From the human T2T-CHM13v2.0 reference genome, Homo sapiens, in NCBI GenBank assembly GCA_009914755.4, contig CP068257.2, forward strand, positions 30,432,001 to 30,496,000: DNA of 64,000 nucleotides, read 5' to 3'. The position numbers were made by a program, and so were the translations under genes. Below, piece by piece: positions 61,701-64,000 of the stretch. Under the pieces are notes generated by a model, which had not been told where the DNA came from, did not search any database, and saw only the letters and a program-made list of their open reading frames with translations. Positions within the stretch are counted from its first letter, which is position 1; the number at the start of each line of letters is the position of its first letter.

Positions 61701-62714
61701 CCAATCTCCCAGGACCAGGTCTACCAGTCAATGGTGGACATTCCATACATGACAGAGATTTTACTCTCAATGCAGTTCTGTGCTTTGCTTTAAAAAAATT
61801 ATTTGTATTGAGGTGAAATTCAAGTAACATAAAAGCAATCATTTTAAAGTGAACAATCAGTGGTATTTAGCACATTCTCAATGCTGTGCAACCACCACCT
61901 CTATCTAGGTCCAAGACATTCATCACTCTGGAAGGAAACCCCTGTGCTTCACCTTCCACTGTGGGCAACCGGGAGTCACCAAACATTAGAGGAAAAGCTT
62001 CTGACATGAATGACAAACGAAAAAGACAACAGACAGGAGGAATGCAAAGGAAACAGAGAGCGAGAAGAGCAGAATGAAAATTAAAAAGCAAAACTTCTGA
62101 AACTTCTCAGAAAGATGAGAAGTCATTGAATATTTGAAACAGAAAACTGGTGCTTCAACAGTGTTGGGGGGATATATCTGTAAAATGTACAGAATGAGAA
62201 AGAGCTCTTAGAAATTCAAAGTATGAGCATGGAAATTTAAATAATCTTACAGAAAAGATTTTTTTTAAAAATGGAAGACTAAGAAGTTGAAAAGATCACC
62301 CAGAAAGTAGGCAAGTAATGTAAATAGGAAAGACAAGACAAGACAATTAGAATCTATGAGTCAGTCTAAAAATGTCAACATTGAATAACAGGAGTTGTAG
62401 AAAGAAAGAAAGAACAGAGAACATAGAAAGATGTTATTAAAGAACAAATACAGGAAAAACTTCCTAAACTGAACACATTAGTCTCCACATTAAAAGGGCT
62501 GCCTGAGTTTCCAGCACAAAGAATGAAAAAAGAGACTAACACCAAGGCTCACTGTAAGATTTTAGAAGAGCTGGCACAGGAAAATATCTTAAAATTTCCT
62601 GGAGGAAAAAAACATAGGCCACATATTGAGGATTTGAAATCAGAATGACATCAAACTTCTCAATAGTAATAATGGAATCTGGAAAACAATGGAGCAATGC
62701 TTTTGAAACTTTGA

Positions 62715-63142
<428 letters not shown>

Positions 63143-63203
63143 CTGGAAGCAAATTTTTAAAACAAGATGATATGAAGTCAAGGAAATAAAGGATTCAACA
63201 TGG

Positions 63204-63695
<492 letters not shown>

Positions 63696-63876
63696 TTAAG
63701 ATCTGGTAGACGCCATGAATTAACGTAAATACAAAGAAAATTAAGCAAATAGAAAAATGAGGCCATTATTAATTCTAGGAAAACAAAAGCTCTGCATGAG
63801 AAAGAAAAGGAAGCATGGTCAACTACATGGTTCAGAAGTATTTACGTGGTCAAAATAGTACAACATCTGGATATTG

Positions 63877-64000
63877 ATTTTTTTTAATTTTTAATTTTTG
63901 TGGGTACATGGTAGGTGTATAGGTTGATGGGGTACATGAAATGTTTTGATACAGGCCTGGAATGCATAATGATCCCATCATGGAGAATGGGGTATCCATC
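63877..64000 (-). mobile_element. L1P-like 3'-terminal fragment, antisense, truncated by the window end
   Basis: 'ttttttttaatttttaatttttgtgggtacatggtaggtgtataggttgatggggtacatgaaatgttttgatacaggcctggaatgcataatgatcccatcatggagaatggggtatccatc' matches the remembered antisense L1PA 3' end ('...ggggtacatgagatgttttgatacaggcatgcaatgtgtaataatcacatcagggtaaatggggtatccatcacc'). Confidence 0.55.

Overview
This window reads as primate (almost certainly human) nuclear genomic DNA, not a prokaryotic or viral locus, and I found no novel biological system in it. It is repeat-dense non-coding sequence and looks intronic or intergenic.

**Repeat content.**
- About 20 Alu SINEs lie on both strands, many with poly-A tails and visible target-site duplications (TSDs). 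One is a young AluYb8 and one a young, CpG-rich AluY.
- Four THE1/MST-type (ERVL-MaLR) solo LTRs are present, all on the minus strand.
- Three older MLT1-like LTRs are present; one of them has a THE1 LTR nested inside it.
- Several L1 3'-end fragments occur. A 1.7 kb L1 piece still translates into a recognisable ORF2 C-terminus.
- Multiple MIR fragments are present.
- Simple repeats are abundant: a perfect (AC)20 run, compound (TATC)n/(GATA)n tetranucleotide tracts, long polypyrimidine tracts, and a 14-15 bp minisatellite.

**What I did not find.** I see no convincing protein-coding exon, tRNA, rRNA, CRISPR array or operon-like structure.
- Every ORF in the supplied track is short. Each is explained by Alu, LTR or L1 sequence, by low-complexity tracts, or by stop-poor GC-rich DNA.
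- The longest ORF (270 aa, 14163..14975, minus strand) begins inside the (AC)n microsatellite and is an artefact.
- The window is ordinary rather than holding an undescribed system.

**Most notable observations.**
- A ~265 bp direct duplication, about 97% identical, has copies 1.3 kb apart. Each copy carries the same truncated Alu 3' end with identical flanks.
- An AluYb8 (7 bp GCAGTCC duplication, 29-A tail, perfect 11 bp TSD) is a candidate polymorphic insertion.
- A head-to-head inverted Alu pair sits only ~60 bp apart, and both elements have intact TSDs.
- A ~225 bp polypyrimidine tract could form triplex (H-DNA) structures.
- A GC-rich, moderately CpG-containing 0.8 kb block ends in the (AC)n repeat.

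All repeat family names are from memory of consensus sequences; no database search was possible. Coordinates are approximate to within ±5 bp.
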